Assembly (NCBI GenBank): GCA_003598025.1
Contig: QZKH01000002.1
Location: forward strand, 138,133-202,132
Direction of reading: 5' to 3'
Source of the DNA: Candidatus Omnitrophota bacterium
GTDB lineage: Bacteria > Omnitrophota > Gorgyraeia > Gygaellales > Profunditerraquicolaceae
DNA length: 64,000 nt
The notes under the pieces are model-generated. The model saw only the letters and a list, made by a program, of their open reading frames with translations. It had not been told where the DNA came from and made no database searches. The position numbers and the translations under genes were made by a program. The first letter of the stretch is position 1, and every line of letters begins with the position of its first letter. Positions 9,403 through 19,232 of the stretch are shown here, piece after piece.

Positions 9403-9417
9403 CTTGAGATATAATTC

Positions 9418-9447
9418 AGCCCCTAGGCGTTGGCATAGGGGTTTTTT
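9418..9447 (+). terminator. Intrinsic terminator of TPP riboswitch expression platform
   Basis: AGCCCCTA...TAGGGGTT stem followed by T-tract. Confidence 0.75.
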
Positions 9448-9464
9448 ATTTTATGGGAGAGAGT

Positions 9465-9665
9465 ATGTTTATAAAGATTAACGGTGTGAAGTCAGAAAGC
9501 AACAGGTATCTGACAGTTGCAGATTTAGTCAGCGACAAAAAATTTAATCCTAAAACAATTGTTATAGAGCTTAACCGCGATATTATTGATCCCAAAGATT
9601 GGCCCAAGACTGTTTTAAAAGAGGGTGATTCGCTGGAAATAATATCATTTGTTGGTGGAGGGTAG
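9465..9665 (+). CDS. thiS: Sulfur carrier protein ThiS
   Basis: Ubiquitin-like, ends EIISFVGGG; start reassigned to MFIKING. Confidence 0.92.
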   Translation: MFIKINGVKSESNRYLTVADLVSDKKFNPKTIVIELNRDIIDPKDWPKTVLKEGDSLEIISFVGGG

Positions 9666-9670
9666 CAGAG

Positions 9671-10438
9671 ATGGATGATTATTTGATGATAGGTGGCAGA
9701 AAAATAAAGAACAGGTTTTTCTTAGGCACAGGGAAATTCCCGTCCTATTCTTTAATGAAGGATGCGATTGTAAGCTCTGCAGCGGAAGTTATTACTGTTG
9801 CATTAAGAAGGGTGGATGATAGCTCAAGAGAGGATAATATCCTGGAATATATTCCCAAAGGGTCTATTCTTATGACAAATACTTCCGGGGCGAGAAATGC
9901 CGATGAGGCAGTGCGTATTGCACATCTGGCAAGAGCCGCGGGTTGCGGGGACTGGATAAAGATAGAGATAATAAATGATAATAAATTTCTTCTCCCGGAC
10001 AACGCCGAGACCATTAAGGCAGCACACATATTAGCAAAAGAGAATTTTATCGTTATGCCGTATATTAATCCGGATTTGATGGATGCAAAAAGATTGCTTG
10101 ATGCCGGAGCTTCTTCTATTATGCCCTTAGGCGCTCCCATCGGCACAAATAAAGGCCTACGCACTAAAGAGATTATAAAGATACTTATTGAAGAGATTGA
10201 TTTACCTGTAATTGTTGATGCCGGTATAGGCAGGCCTTCTGCCGCAGCCGAAGCTATGGAGATGGGTTGTTCAGCTGTTTTGGTCAATACTGCAATAGCA
10301 ACGGCAAATGATCCTGCCATGGCGGCAAGATCATTTTCTAAGGCTGTTGAGGCCGGAAGATTTGCATATCTCTGCGGGTTAGAAGGTGAAAAAGATTATC
10401 CTCAGGCATCATCGCCCCTCACAGGATTCTTAAGGTAG
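9671..10438 (+). CDS. thiG: Thiazole synthase
   Basis: [36 protein letters not shown]. Confidence 0.95.
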   Translation: MDDYLMIGGRKIKNRFFLGTGKFPSYSLMKDAIVSSAAEVITVALRRVDDSSREDNILEYIPKGSILMTNTSGARNADEAVRIAHLARAAGCGDWIKIEIINDNKFLLPDNAETIKAAHILAKENFIVMPYINPDLMDAKRLLDAGASSIMPLGAPIGTNKGLRTKEIIKILIEEIDLPVIVDAGIGRPSAAAEAMEMGCSAVLVNTAIATANDPAMAARSFSKAVEAGRFAYLCGLEGEKDYPQASSPLTGFLR

Positions 10439-10444
10439 CCGGGT

Positions 10445-11557
10445 ATGATAAAAAATTCATTTTACGATATTTATGAAAAATACAAGGCTTTTGATTTTGA
10501 GGGGTTTTTTGTTAACGTAAGAGATGACAGAATAACAAAAATTATAAATAAAGATTCTTTAAGAGAAGAGGATTTCCTATGCCTGCTTTCTGATGCTGCA
10601 ACTGGATTTCTTGAGCAAATAGCGGTTAAGGCAAGGAATATAACAATAAAAAACTTCGGCAGGGTCATCTGTCTTTATGCGCCGTTATATTTAAGCAATT
10701 ATTGTGAAAATGAATGTTTGTATTGTGGATTCAGCAATCGCAATAAAATAAAAAGGAAGAGGCTAAGCAAGGATGAGCTGGGAACCGAAGCCAAAGCAAT
10801 CCGGGATACCGGCATACGGCACATTCTTGTTCTGACCGGTGAATCAAGGAAAATGAGCGCGCTTCCTTATATAAGCGAATGTATAGAGACCTTAAGAGAA
10901 TATTTTACTTCCATATCAATAGAAATATATCCGCTTGAATCTGCAGAGTATAAGGAGCTTATTAATACAGGAGCGGATGGTCTGGCTATTTACCAGGAGA
11001 CATATGATAGAACAAGGTACCAGGAGTTACATTCAGGCGGGCCAAAAAGCGATTATCTTTACCGTTTGGATGCCCCGGAGAGAGCTTGTATGGCCGGGAT
11101 AAGAAGCGTAAGCATAGGCGCATTGCTGGGCTTGTCAGAATTTAGAAAGGATATTTTTTTTACAGGCCTGCACGCGAGCTATCTACAGAGAAAATTCCCT
11201 AGTGTTGAATTTAGCGTTTCTTTGCCGAGACTACAACCGCAAATAGGCGGTTTCAAGCCTTTTGTCCAGGTTAGCGATAAAGATCTTGTCCAGGCAATGC
11301 TTGCTTTAAGGTTGTTTATACCCAGGCTGGGTATAAATATATCTACCCGTGAAAATTCTCAGTTCAGGAGTAATATAATCGGCCTTGGGGTTACGCGTAT
11401 GTCAGCAGGCTCAAAGACTGAAGTGGGGGGTTATTCTCAGAAACAGAAGACCGAGGGCCAATTTGAGATCCTTGATAAAAGCAGTGTTAGTGAAGTAAAG
11501 AATATGATCCGTGAAAGAGGTTACCAGCCGGTGATGAAGGATTGGCAGGTATTATGA
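10445..11557 (+). CDS. thiH: 2-iminoacetate synthase (radical SAM)
   Basis: APLYLSNYCENECLYCGF, YQETY, MSAGSKT. Confidence 0.93.
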   Translation: MIKNSFYDIYEKYKAFDFEGFFVNVRDDRITKIINKDSLREEDFLCLLSDAATGFLEQIAVKARNITIKNFGRVICLYAPLYLSNYCENECLYCGFSNRNKIKRKRLSKDELGTEAKAIRDTGIRHILVLTGESRKMSALPYISECIETLREYFTSISIEIYPLESAEYKELINTGADGLAIYQETYDRTRYQELHSGGPKSDYLYRLDAPERACMAGIRSVSIGALLGLSEFRKDIFFTGLHASYLQRKFPSVEFSVSLPRLQPQIGGFKPFVQVSDKDLVQAMLALRLFIPRLGINISTRENSQFRSNIIGLGVTRMSAGSKTEVGGYSQKQKTEGQFEILDKSSVSEVKNMIRERGYQPVMKDWQVL

Positions 11558-12177
11558 ATTTATTCGAAAAAGAATTAGCAGGATATTTTGGGCCGCATAA
11601 ATTGAGGAAAATACAATCTGTCAGGGTCGGGATTGCCGGACTCGGAGGGCTTGGATCAAATTGTGCTTTTAATCTTGCGAGAAGCGGGTTTAAGAAGTTT
11701 GTGTTGTGTGATTTCGATGTCGTAGCTGTTAAAAACCTAAATAGGCAATTTTACTTTATGGAACAGGTCGGAATGCAGAAAACCAGGGCCTTGCAGTCAA
11801 ATCTGCTAAGAATAAACCCGCATTTGGAGATCATAGTTAAAAACAATAGAATAGATGAGAAGAATATAAAAACAATATTTTCGGGGTGCCAAATAGTAGT
11901 TGAGGCATTTGATAGCGCGGCTTGTAAGAAAATGGCGGCACAGGCATTTATGAATTCGTCAAAATTATTAGTCTCCGCTTCGGGACTTGCCGGATGGGGC
12001 AGGAGCGATGATGTTGTTACCAGAAAATTGAGAGATAATTTTTACCTGATCGGTGATTTAGAATCAGAAGCAAGTAAAATATTGCCGCCATGTTCTCCGA
12101 GGGTAAATGTGGCAGCTGCAAAACAGGCCGATGTTATATTAAATTGGGCAATACAAAAAAAATATAAAAAAACTTGA
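11554..12177 (+). CDS. thiF: ThiS adenylyltransferase ThiF
   Basis: GIAGLGGLGS, DFDVV..NLNRQ, VEAFD, PRVNVAAAKQA; start at MNLFEK. Confidence 0.88.
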   Translation: MNLFEKELAGYFGPHKLRKIQSVRVGIAGLGGLGSNCAFNLARSGFKKFVLCDFDVVAVKNLNRQFYFMEQVGMQKTRALQSNLLRINPHLEIIVKNNRIDEKNIKTIFSGCQIVVEAFDSAACKKMAAQAFMNSSKLLVSASGLAGWGRSDDVVTRKLRDNFYLIGDLESEASKILPPCSPRVNVAAAKQADVILNWAIQKKYKKT

Positions 12178-12226
12178 CAAATTTACAAAATGTTATATAC
12201 TTTATCTACTTGATTATATAAGTAAT
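12174..12226 (+). promoter_or_regulatory. Sigma-70 promoter plus candidate Rrf2 operator
   Basis: TTGACA-N16-TATACT followed by imperfect palindrome TACTT-N8-AAGTA. Confidence 0.55.
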
Positions 12227-12240
12227 GTTTCGGAGAATTT

Positions 12241-12672
12241 ATGAAGCTATCAGCAAAAGTTGAATATGCTTACAAGGCTGTGTTAGAACTGGCAATAAGG
12301 TATGGGGATAAATCGCCTATTCAACTGGCAACTATCTCTGAAGCCCAGGGGATACCAAAGAAATTTTTGACCCAGTTATTCATCAGGTTAAAGAATGCTA
12401 ACTTAGTTACCAGCGAAAGAGGGGTAGCCGGAGGTTATTATCTTACCAAACCTCCTTCACAGATAGCCTTAGCCGATGTAATAACAGCTATAGATGACAG
12501 CATTATGGCTTCTTCATCAAGGAAGAAACTTAACAAGATGAGAGAATCCGAAAAGATTATATTCCGAATATGGAGAGATATAAACGACCAGATAGCGACA
12601 AATTTTAAGCACATCACTTTTGATCAGATAGCCGCACAGGTCCGTAATGAGCAGTTAACTTACTATATTTAA
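12241..12672 (+). CDS. Rrf2-family regulator, Cys-free (CymR-like)
   Basis: ISEAQGIPKKFLTQLF, SERGVAGGYYL, C-terminal YYI; no Fe-S cysteines. Confidence 0.88.
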   Translation: MKLSAKVEYAYKAVLELAIRYGDKSPIQLATISEAQGIPKKFLTQLFIRLKNANLVTSERGVAGGYYLTKPPSQIALADVITAIDDSIMASSSRKKLNKMRESEKIIFRIWRDINDQIATNFKHITFDQIAAQVRNEQLTYYI

Positions 12673-12772
12673 TTTACAAAATCAGACCCAATGTAGGGTA
12701 TTTTTTTATTGTTTTAATGATTACTAACTTAATTATAATAATAATGTATCAATAACAGAAAGGAGAAGTAAG

Positions 12773-13495
12773 GTGAGCTTGTTAAATAACAACGATGATT
12801 TGAAGGTTTTAGTGGAGAAGCTAAATTTTAAAGAAAAGGTTGAGCGGTCTAAGGAGCTTATAAGGCAGGCGTATGCGCGTTACGGCGATGCTTTAGTGGT
12901 TGCTAACAGTCTGGGCAAGGACTCGGTAGCAGTCTGGGATCTTGCTAAGAAAGTAAACCCTAAGATCCGTGGGTTTATCGTCACAACTAGATTCAAGCCT
13001 GCTGAAACCGTTAAATTCATGAATGATGAAGTTTCCCGTTACCCGGAGTTAAAGGTTTATAAAAATGACTCAGAAATACAGGAGCGATTGTACCAGACTG
13101 ATCCTGATAAATGCTGCGATATCCTGAAAGTTGAGCCTGTCAAACGGGCGATAGAGGAGATGGGGGTTAAGTGCTGGGTGACAGGTCTGCGCTGCACGGA
13201 AGGGCGCACCCGTACAGATTTTAAGGAAGTTGAGGAAAGAGATAAAGATTTAATTAAACTTAATCCGATATTAATCTGGAAAGAGCGGGAAGTCTGGCAG
13301 TATTTAGCGCTCTATCAAGTTCCGGTTAACCCGCTTTATGCAGAAGGGTATCGTTCTCTTGGTTGCGCTCCCTGCACCAGGATAACCAATGATGATAATG
13401 AACGTGCTGGTAGATGGATCGGTACCAGTAAATGCGGCGGTGAGTGCGGGATACATACACGGCCTTTAAAAAATATTGACGGAGGGGGAATTTGA
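12773..13495 (+). CDS. cysH: APS/PAPS reductase (4Fe-4S, APS-type)
   Basis: SLGKDS, CC..KVEP, GYRSLGCAPCT, RAGRW, ECGIH. Confidence 0.9.
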   Translation: MSLLNNNDDLKVLVEKLNFKEKVERSKELIRQAYARYGDALVVANSLGKDSVAVWDLAKKVNPKIRGFIVTTRFKPAETVKFMNDEVSRYPELKVYKNDSEIQERLYQTDPDKCCDILKVEPVKRAIEEMGVKCWVTGLRCTEGRTRTDFKEVEERDKDLIKLNPILIWKEREVWQYLALYQVPVNPLYAEGYRSLGCAPCTRITNDDNERAGRWIGTSKCGGECGIHTRPLKNIDGGGI

Positions 13496-14466
13496 GTATT
13501 ATTGGTTTAGCGTTAATAATAATCTCAGTTTTTCTGGCTTTAAATATGGGGGTGAGCGGATTTTCTGTTTCTTTCGCGCCTTCATATGGCAGCCGCTTAT
13601 TGAATAAGAAAAGAGCAGCTTTTCTATACGGCATATTTGTTTTTTTGGGTGGGGTTTTAATCGGCCCGCGTGTAGTTTATACTTTGGTAAATAAAATCTC
13701 GCTACAACAGGTTAATCCTGTATCCGGGCTATTAATTTTATTTTCTGCCGGGGTGATGATGTTTTTGAGCAATTTATTGAAAGTTCCGCAATCTACATCG
13801 TTTGTTGCTGTAGCCAGCTTCTTAGGAGCTGGTTTATTTTACAAGAAAGTAAACTGGCAGACCATAATACTCATTTTGGCTGTTGCGGTTATATTTTCTG
13901 CGCTGTCATTCATCATTACTCTTTTCATTAAGAAACAAATATATCCTCCGAAACCGGGGAATCTGAAACTCTATGAGAATTTTTATATTCATAGGAATAA
14001 ATTCAAGAAATTTATAATTATTACAGACATATATTCAGCATTCGGGATAGGCACAAACAATGTCGCTAATGTTATAGCTCCTTTAGCTGCATCGATGCCC
14101 ATAAATCCTATTTTGGCACTTGCAATAGCCGGGCCGCTTTTTGGTGTGGGAGCATATATTTCCGGAGAGAAGGTTATTAATACTGTTTCCCGGGAGATTG
14201 TTCCGATAGGAGAGATTTCTGCCACGATAATTTCATTTATTACAGCAAGTTTTGTTATTATTGCTTCTCTTTTGGGTTTACCGACACCGTATGTTCAATT
14301 CACAACGTTTTCTTTGCTAGGAATCAGCTGTGTAAAAGACGGACTAAAAGCGACCCTTAATAAGTCAATCGTAAAAAAAATATTGTGGGTATGGATTTTA
14401 ATACCGATTGCCACGACATTATTAAGTTATATTTTACATTTTATTTTTTATAATCGTGTACGTTAA
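13492..14466 (+). CDS. PiT-family anion permease (candidate CysP-type sulfate transporter)
   Basis: Multi-TM, GTNNVAN and PQSTS PiT motifs; sulfur cluster context. Confidence 0.7.
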   Translation: MSIIGLALIIISVFLALNMGVSGFSVSFAPSYGSRLLNKKRAAFLYGIFVFLGGVLIGPRVVYTLVNKISLQQVNPVSGLLILFSAGVMMFLSNLLKVPQSTSFVAVASFLGAGLFYKKVNWQTIILILAVAVIFSALSFIITLFIKKQIYPPKPGNLKLYENFYIHRNKFKKFIIITDIYSAFGIGTNNVANVIAPLAASMPINPILALAIAGPLFGVGAYISGEKVINTVSREIVPIGEISATIISFITASFVIIASLLGLPTPYVQFTTFSLLGISCVKDGLKATLNKSIVKKILWVWILIPIATTLLSYILHFIFYNRVR

Positions 14467-14483
14467 AGTAGGGAGAATGAATT

Positions 14484-15422
14484 ATGCATAGCAAGGAAAA
14501 TGATATTTATACCAATATTTTAGGTGCAATCGGCAGCACACCTTTAGTCATGCTTAATCGTATCATTGAGCCCGGGATGGCACAGGTGTTGGCTAAGGTT
14601 GAATCATTTAACCCTGGCGGTAGCGTAAAAGACAGGATTGCTAAGGCAATGATTGAAGATGCTGAAGAAAAAGGCTTATTAAAGCCTGGTTCAGTTGTAA
14701 TCGAACCCACTAGCGGCAATACCGGGATTGGGTTGGCTATGGTCTGCGCGGTCAAGGGATACCGGTGCATCTTGACGATGCCCGATACAATGAGTCTGGA
14801 GAGGGTGTATATTTTAAAAGCGTATAATGCCGAAGTCGTTTTAACTCCGGGTAATGAAGGTATGGATGGGGCGATAAAGAAAGCTGAAGAATTGTATCGA
14901 AGACTTCCGAATGCCTATACGCCGCAGCAGTTTAAACATCTTGCTAATCCTAAGGTCCATCGCGAGACTACGGCCAAAGAAATACTTTCTCAAACTAAAG
15001 GTAAGTTGGATGCTTTTGTCGCCGGCGTTGGTACAGGAGGAACGATTACCGGAGTCGGAGAAGTGCTTAAAGACCATAATAATAAGATTAAGATTGTTGC
15101 CGTTGAGCCGGAGAATAGCGCAGTATTATCTGGGAGAAAACAGGGCCAGCATAAAATTCAGGGAATAGGCGCCGGTTTTGTGCCGGAAATATTAAATACG
15201 AAAATTATAGATAGAATTATCACTGTTACCGATCAGGAGGCTTACGATGCCACAAGGCAACTAGCCAAAAAAGAAGGAATATTCGGCGGCCCATCTTCTG
15301 GGGCCGCTCTGGTTGCGGCTTTAAAGATAGCGCAGGAGCTGGGCAAAGATAAAAGGGTAATCACGATATTTCCTGATACGGGAGAAAGGTATTTTTCTGT
15401 AACCCAGTATTTTGAATTTTAA
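14484..15422 (+). CDS. cysK: Cysteine synthase A
   Basis: [36 protein letters not shown]. Confidence 0.95.
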   Translation: MHSKENDIYTNILGAIGSTPLVMLNRIIEPGMAQVLAKVESFNPGGSVKDRIAKAMIEDAEEKGLLKPGSVVIEPTSGNTGIGLAMVCAVKGYRCILTMPDTMSLERVYILKAYNAEVVLTPGNEGMDGAIKKAEELYRRLPNAYTPQQFKHLANPKVHRETTAKEILSQTKGKLDAFVAGVGTGGTITGVGEVLKDHNNKIKIVAVEPENSAVLSGRKQGQHKIQGIGAGFVPEILNTKIIDRIITVTDQEAYDATRQLAKKEGIFGGPSSGAALVAALKIAQELGKDKRVITIFPDTGERYFSVTQYFEF

Positions 15423-15436
15423 CCGAGGCTAAGGCG

Positions 15437-15952
15437 ATGAATGAATTTTACTATCCCATAGCTCTAAAGATTAAGGGCAAGAGTGCGTTGGTCATAGGGG
15501 GGGGCAAGATTGCAGAACGCAAGATAACGACCTTGCTTAAGTTTAGGGTGCGTATTCGTGTAGTTGCACCAGATTTAACCCCAGTATTAAAAAAGCATTT
15601 TGAATCCGGATCTATCGTTTGGCGGCGCAGGGTAGTTAAGCCGCAGGATATTAAAAACGCTGATATTATTGTTGCGGCTACATCTGATCCAGTAGTTAAC
15701 AAAAAAGTAAGCAGATGGGCTAAAAAAGAAAACATTTTGGTAAATGTCGTAGATGAACCTGAATTAAGTAGCTTTATTTCGCCGGCAATATTATCTGCAT
15801 CAAGGGCTATTGTGGCCGTGTATACACATGGCAGGGATCCGGTATTGTCCCGGGATTTGAAGAATTTCTTGAAGGAGAATTGGAATGGATTTTTATCTTA
15901 TAGGAGTAGATTACAGAAGCGCATCATTAGAGAAACGGGAAGAAGTTTATAA
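15437..15952 (+). CDS. Precorrin-2 dehydrogenase/ferrochelatase (SirC/Met8-like), short
   Basis: YPIAL, VIGGGKIAERKI, LVNVVD, FISPA. Confidence 0.85.
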   Translation: MNEFYYPIALKIKGKSALVIGGGKIAERKITTLLKFRVRIRVVAPDLTPVLKKHFESGSIVWRRRVVKPQDIKNADIIVAATSDPVVNKKVSRWAKKENILVNVVDEPELSSFISPAILSASRAIVAVYTHGRDPVLSRDLKNFLKENWNGFLSYRSRLQKRIIRETGRSL

Positions 15953-16859
15953 GAAGCGGCATCTTTTAGAGGCTTTCTTAAAGGACGGTTTTGGCGGCCG
16001 CGCTGCTGTCATTTTTACTTGCAATAGGATAGAAATTTATGGTGTTGCCGAAGGCCTTTCGCAGGCAGAGCAGGATGTTAAGAGGTTACATTTTTCTTAC
16101 GGGAACTTTTTCGAAAATGGGTACAATAAGCTGGGCGAAAAAGAAGTTTTCTTACACGCTTTGCGCCTTGCTTCCGGCTTAGAATCACAATTGAAGGGAG
16201 AGGCCCAAATTTTGGATCAGCTTGAATCTTGGTGCTTGCAAGGGCCTCTTCCTTATGCTTTGCGGCAGTTGTTGTCCGAGGCGCTTATTTTGTCCGGCCA
16301 AATAAGGTTAAAATCAGGATTATACGGCCATGCGGATAATATCGCTGGTTTGGTTATCAGGCAATTATCAGTGTTGCCCATGCGAAAAGATAAATTCAAG
16401 ATCGCTTTGTTAGGTACCGGTAAAGTAGCCGAACTTTTTTCCAGGTTACCTTTTGATAATATTTTCATCAGTTTTGTCGCGCATAAAAATTTATCCAAGG
16501 CAAGATATTTAGCAGGTGAATGCAGAGGTGGCGTCAGCTCTTTCGCAGATTTACCGTATCTGCTTTTAGATGTTGATGCGTTGGTAGCAGCAACTGCCAG
16601 CCCGCATTTCGTATTAAGAGAGGATCATTTTATCAGTAGCATAGAAAAACGCACCTCTCCTTTATATATATATGACCTGGCTTTACCAAGGGATATAGAC
16701 CCGAAAGTAAGTAAGCTAAAAAATGTTATCTTGCGTAACCAGGATGATTTAAAGGCCGAATTTGAGGAACACAATAGGCGCTTAAACAGAAAAATCAGTT
16801 TAGCTGAACGGCTGATTGATGAAGTAGCTTACAATTGGCAGGAGAAGACATATGCTTAA
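15885..16859 (+). CDS. hemA: Glutamyl-tRNA reductase (short, C-terminal dimerisation region reduced)
   Basis: TCNRIE, SGLESQLKGEAQI, ATASPH, DLALPRDI. Confidence 0.85.
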   Translation: MDFYLIGVDYRSASLEKREEVYKKRHLLEAFLKDGFGGRAAVIFTCNRIEIYGVAEGLSQAEQDVKRLHFSYGNFFENGYNKLGEKEVFLHALRLASGLESQLKGEAQILDQLESWCLQGPLPYALRQLLSEALILSGQIRLKSGLYGHADNIAGLVIRQLSVLPMRKDKFKIALLGTGKVAELFSRLPFDNIFISFVAHKNLSKARYLAGECRGGVSSFADLPYLLLDVDALVAATASPHFVLREDHFISSIEKRTSPLYIYDLALPRDIDPKVSKLKNVILRNQDDLKAEFEEHNRRLNRKISLAERLIDEVAYNWQEKTYA

Positions 16860-17505
16860 GGTAATAAAAGCCGGTTCCCGGCCAAGCCGGCTGGCAATAG
16901 AGCAGGTCAAAGAAATACAGTCATTATTGCCTGAGGTTAGGCTCAAACAGGTATCAATAGATACAACAGGAGACCTTGATAAAAATACTCCGTTGTTTTT
17001 AAGGGAGGGTTCGGATTTTTTTACAAGGGAGATAGAAAATGCATTAATAATAGGCAAGATTGATGCAGCAATACACAGCGCCAAGGACTTAGAAGTTAAT
17101 CCTCCGAAAGAGTTGGTTACTGCTGCGATAACAAAATCGATTAGTATATACGACTGCCTGGTTTCGCGCGGTAATTTGCCTTTGGATAAATTGCCAGGAG
17201 GCTCCATAGTGGGCACAAGCAGTTTTTCGCGTAAACAGGCTATCATCGGATATCGAAGCGACCTTAAGCCGAAGGATATACGTGGCAACATCGACGAAAG
17301 GTTGAAACAGCTGGAAGAAGGAAATTATGATGCTGTTATCATAGCCCATGCAGCGCTGCTTCGCCTGGGTTATCAGGATAAAATAGCGCAGGTTATTCCA
17401 ACTAATATCATTAAACCCAATCCTTTACAGGGGTGCCTGGCTATACAGGTCTTAAGAACAAGAAGGGATTTACTGGAACTATTCGGGAGGCTGCATGCAA
17501 ATTAG
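16852..17505 (+). CDS. hemC: Hydroxymethylbilane synthase, lacking C-terminal domain 3
   Basis: GSRPSRLA, TTGD, HSAKD, GTSS..R, IRGNIDERL; only 217 aa. Confidence 0.85.
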   Translation: MLKVIKAGSRPSRLAIEQVKEIQSLLPEVRLKQVSIDTTGDLDKNTPLFLREGSDFFTREIENALIIGKIDAAIHSAKDLEVNPPKELVTAAITKSISIYDCLVSRGNLPLDKLPGGSIVGTSSFSRKQAIIGYRSDLKPKDIRGNIDERLKQLEEGNYDAVIIAHAALLRLGYQDKIAQVIPTNIIKPNPLQGCLAIQVLRTRRDLLELFGRLHAN

Positions 17506-18235
17506 AAAAGGAAAGGTTTATATTGTCGGAGCAGGCCCCGGGGACTGGAAACTTATCAGCGTAAAGGGGCTGGAGGCGATAAAGAATGCCGAGGTTATCG
17601 TGTATGATTTTTTAAGCTCAAAGGCATTATTAAGATTCGCAAGGAGCAAGACTGAGATAATCTGCGCCGGTAAATCCGACGGATTGCATATTATGGAACA
17701 GGGCAGTATTAATAGGCTTATTTATAACAAAGCCAGGCATGGCAGGATTGTCGTAAGGTTAAAAGGCGGCGATCCTTTTCTTTTCAGTCGCGGGATAGAA
17801 GAGGCCTTATATCTAAAGAGGAAAGGAATAGATTTTGAGATTATACCCGGGGTCACTTCGGCTTTTGCCGCACCTGAAAGTTTTGGGATACCGCTATCAA
17901 GGAAAGGAAAGTATTCTTCAGTCGCTGTTCTGGCAGGCAGGAAAAGCAATAAGGCAGATCTCGATGCGCCTTTATGCGATACGCTTGTGTATTTAATGGG
18001 GGTGGCAAATATAAAAAATATCGTAAAGGCAGTTTTAAAGTCCGGCAGGGACAAGCTTACACCGTGCGCCTTCATTGAAAAAGCCACAACGAATGACGAA
18101 AGGATAATCACCGGTAATTTATCAAATATAATTGACAAGGCTTATGAATATTCTGTGAAACCTCCGGCAGTGCTGGTGATAGGACAGGTTGTAAAATATG
18201 GCAAGAGACTTATACCCAAAAAATATCGAAACTAA
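17495..18235 (+). CDS. cobA: Uroporphyrinogen-III C-methyltransferase
   Basis: VGAGPGD, VRLKGGDPF, IPGVTSAF, YLMG. Confidence 0.92.
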   Translation: MQIRKGKVYIVGAGPGDWKLISVKGLEAIKNAEVIVYDFLSSKALLRFARSKTEIICAGKSDGLHIMEQGSINRLIYNKARHGRIVVRLKGGDPFLFSRGIEEALYLKRKGIDFEIIPGVTSAFAAPESFGIPLSRKGKYSSVAVLAGRKSNKADLDAPLCDTLVYLMGVANIKNIVKAVLKSGRDKLTPCAFIEKATTNDERIITGNLSNIIDKAYEYSVKPPAVLVIGQVVKYGKRLIPKKYRN

Positions 18236-19232
18236 AGACCTGATTTATCCTTATTTTGTTATTGAAGGCAGATCAAGGAAGCAGGCTATTGATTTATTCC
18301 CGGGCGTATATAGATTTTCCGTAGATAAACTTTTAAGTGAGCTGGATAGTACGGTCAAGCTGGGGATAAATAAGATTCTTCTCTTTGGGATTCCAGATAA
18401 AAAAGATATTTATGGAAGCCAGGGATATAAAGAAGATAATATTGTCTCTACAGCTGTCCGGGCTATTAAGAAAAAATTCAGGAATATTACAATATTTACT
18501 GATGTTTGCTTATGTGCATATACAGAGAATGGACATTGCGGAATAACAAGGGCATCCCTCGACTCGGTTCGATTACGCTCACCACAAGCCGCTCGGGACT
18601 CCCTCGGCCTGAATAAAGTCGGAGGCCTTCGGTCGCAAGTCAGTATAGATAATAAAAAGACTTTGGAGGCATTAAGCAGGATCGCTTTAGCACATGCTAA
18701 GTCCGGTGCAGATTGGGTTGCCCCATCAGCTATGGCAAAGGAACAGGTTCTAAGTATCCGTAACGCACTGGATAGGTCCGGGTTTACAAAGGTAAAAGTC
18801 ATGGGATATTCTGCAAAATTCGCTTCAAATTTCTACGGACCTTTTCGTGAAGCTGCAAATTCTGCTCCTCGTTTTGGAGATAGGCGCAGTTATCAACTGG
18901 ATTATCTTGATTATGAAAAAGCAGCAGAAGAGATACAGGATGATATTAATGAAGGCGCAGATATGGTTATGGTCAAGCCTGCATTGAGCTATTTGGATAT
19001 TATCAGGCAAGCGAAAGATAATCTTAATTGCTTCTCGAAAAACAGGATATCGCTGGCTGCCTATAATGTAAGTGGAGAATATGCCATGGTTAAATATGCT
19101 TCCAGGCGCAATATATGCGATGAAAGAAAAATAGTTACTGAAATACTTTCTTCCATAAAGCGTGCAGGAGCAGATTATATTATTACGTATCATGCCAAGG
19201 ACGCAGCAAAATGGTTAAAAGAAAGTTATTAA
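18198..19232 (+). CDS. hemB: Porphobilinogen synthase with in-frame palindromic insertion
   Basis: DVCLCAYT..GHCG, SAKFASNFYGPFREAA, MVKPA, AYNVSGEY. Confidence 0.93.
   Translation: MARDLYPKNIETKDLIYPYFVIEGRSRKQAIDLFPGVYRFSVDKLLSELDSTVKLGINKILLFGIPDKKDIYGSQGYKEDNIVSTAVRAIKKKFRNITIFTDVCLCAYTENGHCGITRASLDSVRLRSPQAARDSLGLNKVGGLRSQVSIDNKKTLEALSRIALAHAKSGADWVAPSAMAKEQVLSIRNALDRSGFTKVKVMGYSAKFASNFYGPFREAANSAPRFGDRRSYQLDYLDYEKAAEEIQDDINEGADMVMVKPALSYLDIIRQAKDNLNCFSKNRISLAAYNVSGEYAMVKYASRRNICDERKIVTEILSSIKRAGADYIITYHAKDAAKWLKESY
18555..18624. repeat. GC-rich twin-hairpin/palindromic element inside hemB
   Basis: TCCC..GGGA (18555-18598) abutting CTCC..GGAG (18599-18624); nested GGTTCGATTACGCTCACC; protein gains roughly 25 aa after GHCGI. 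Confidence 0.65.

Noticed and set aside
12180-12682. 12-bp direct repeat AATTTACAAAAT flanking the Rrf2 gene as target-site duplication
   Set aside because: Very AT-rich, plausible by chance, and no mobile-element features
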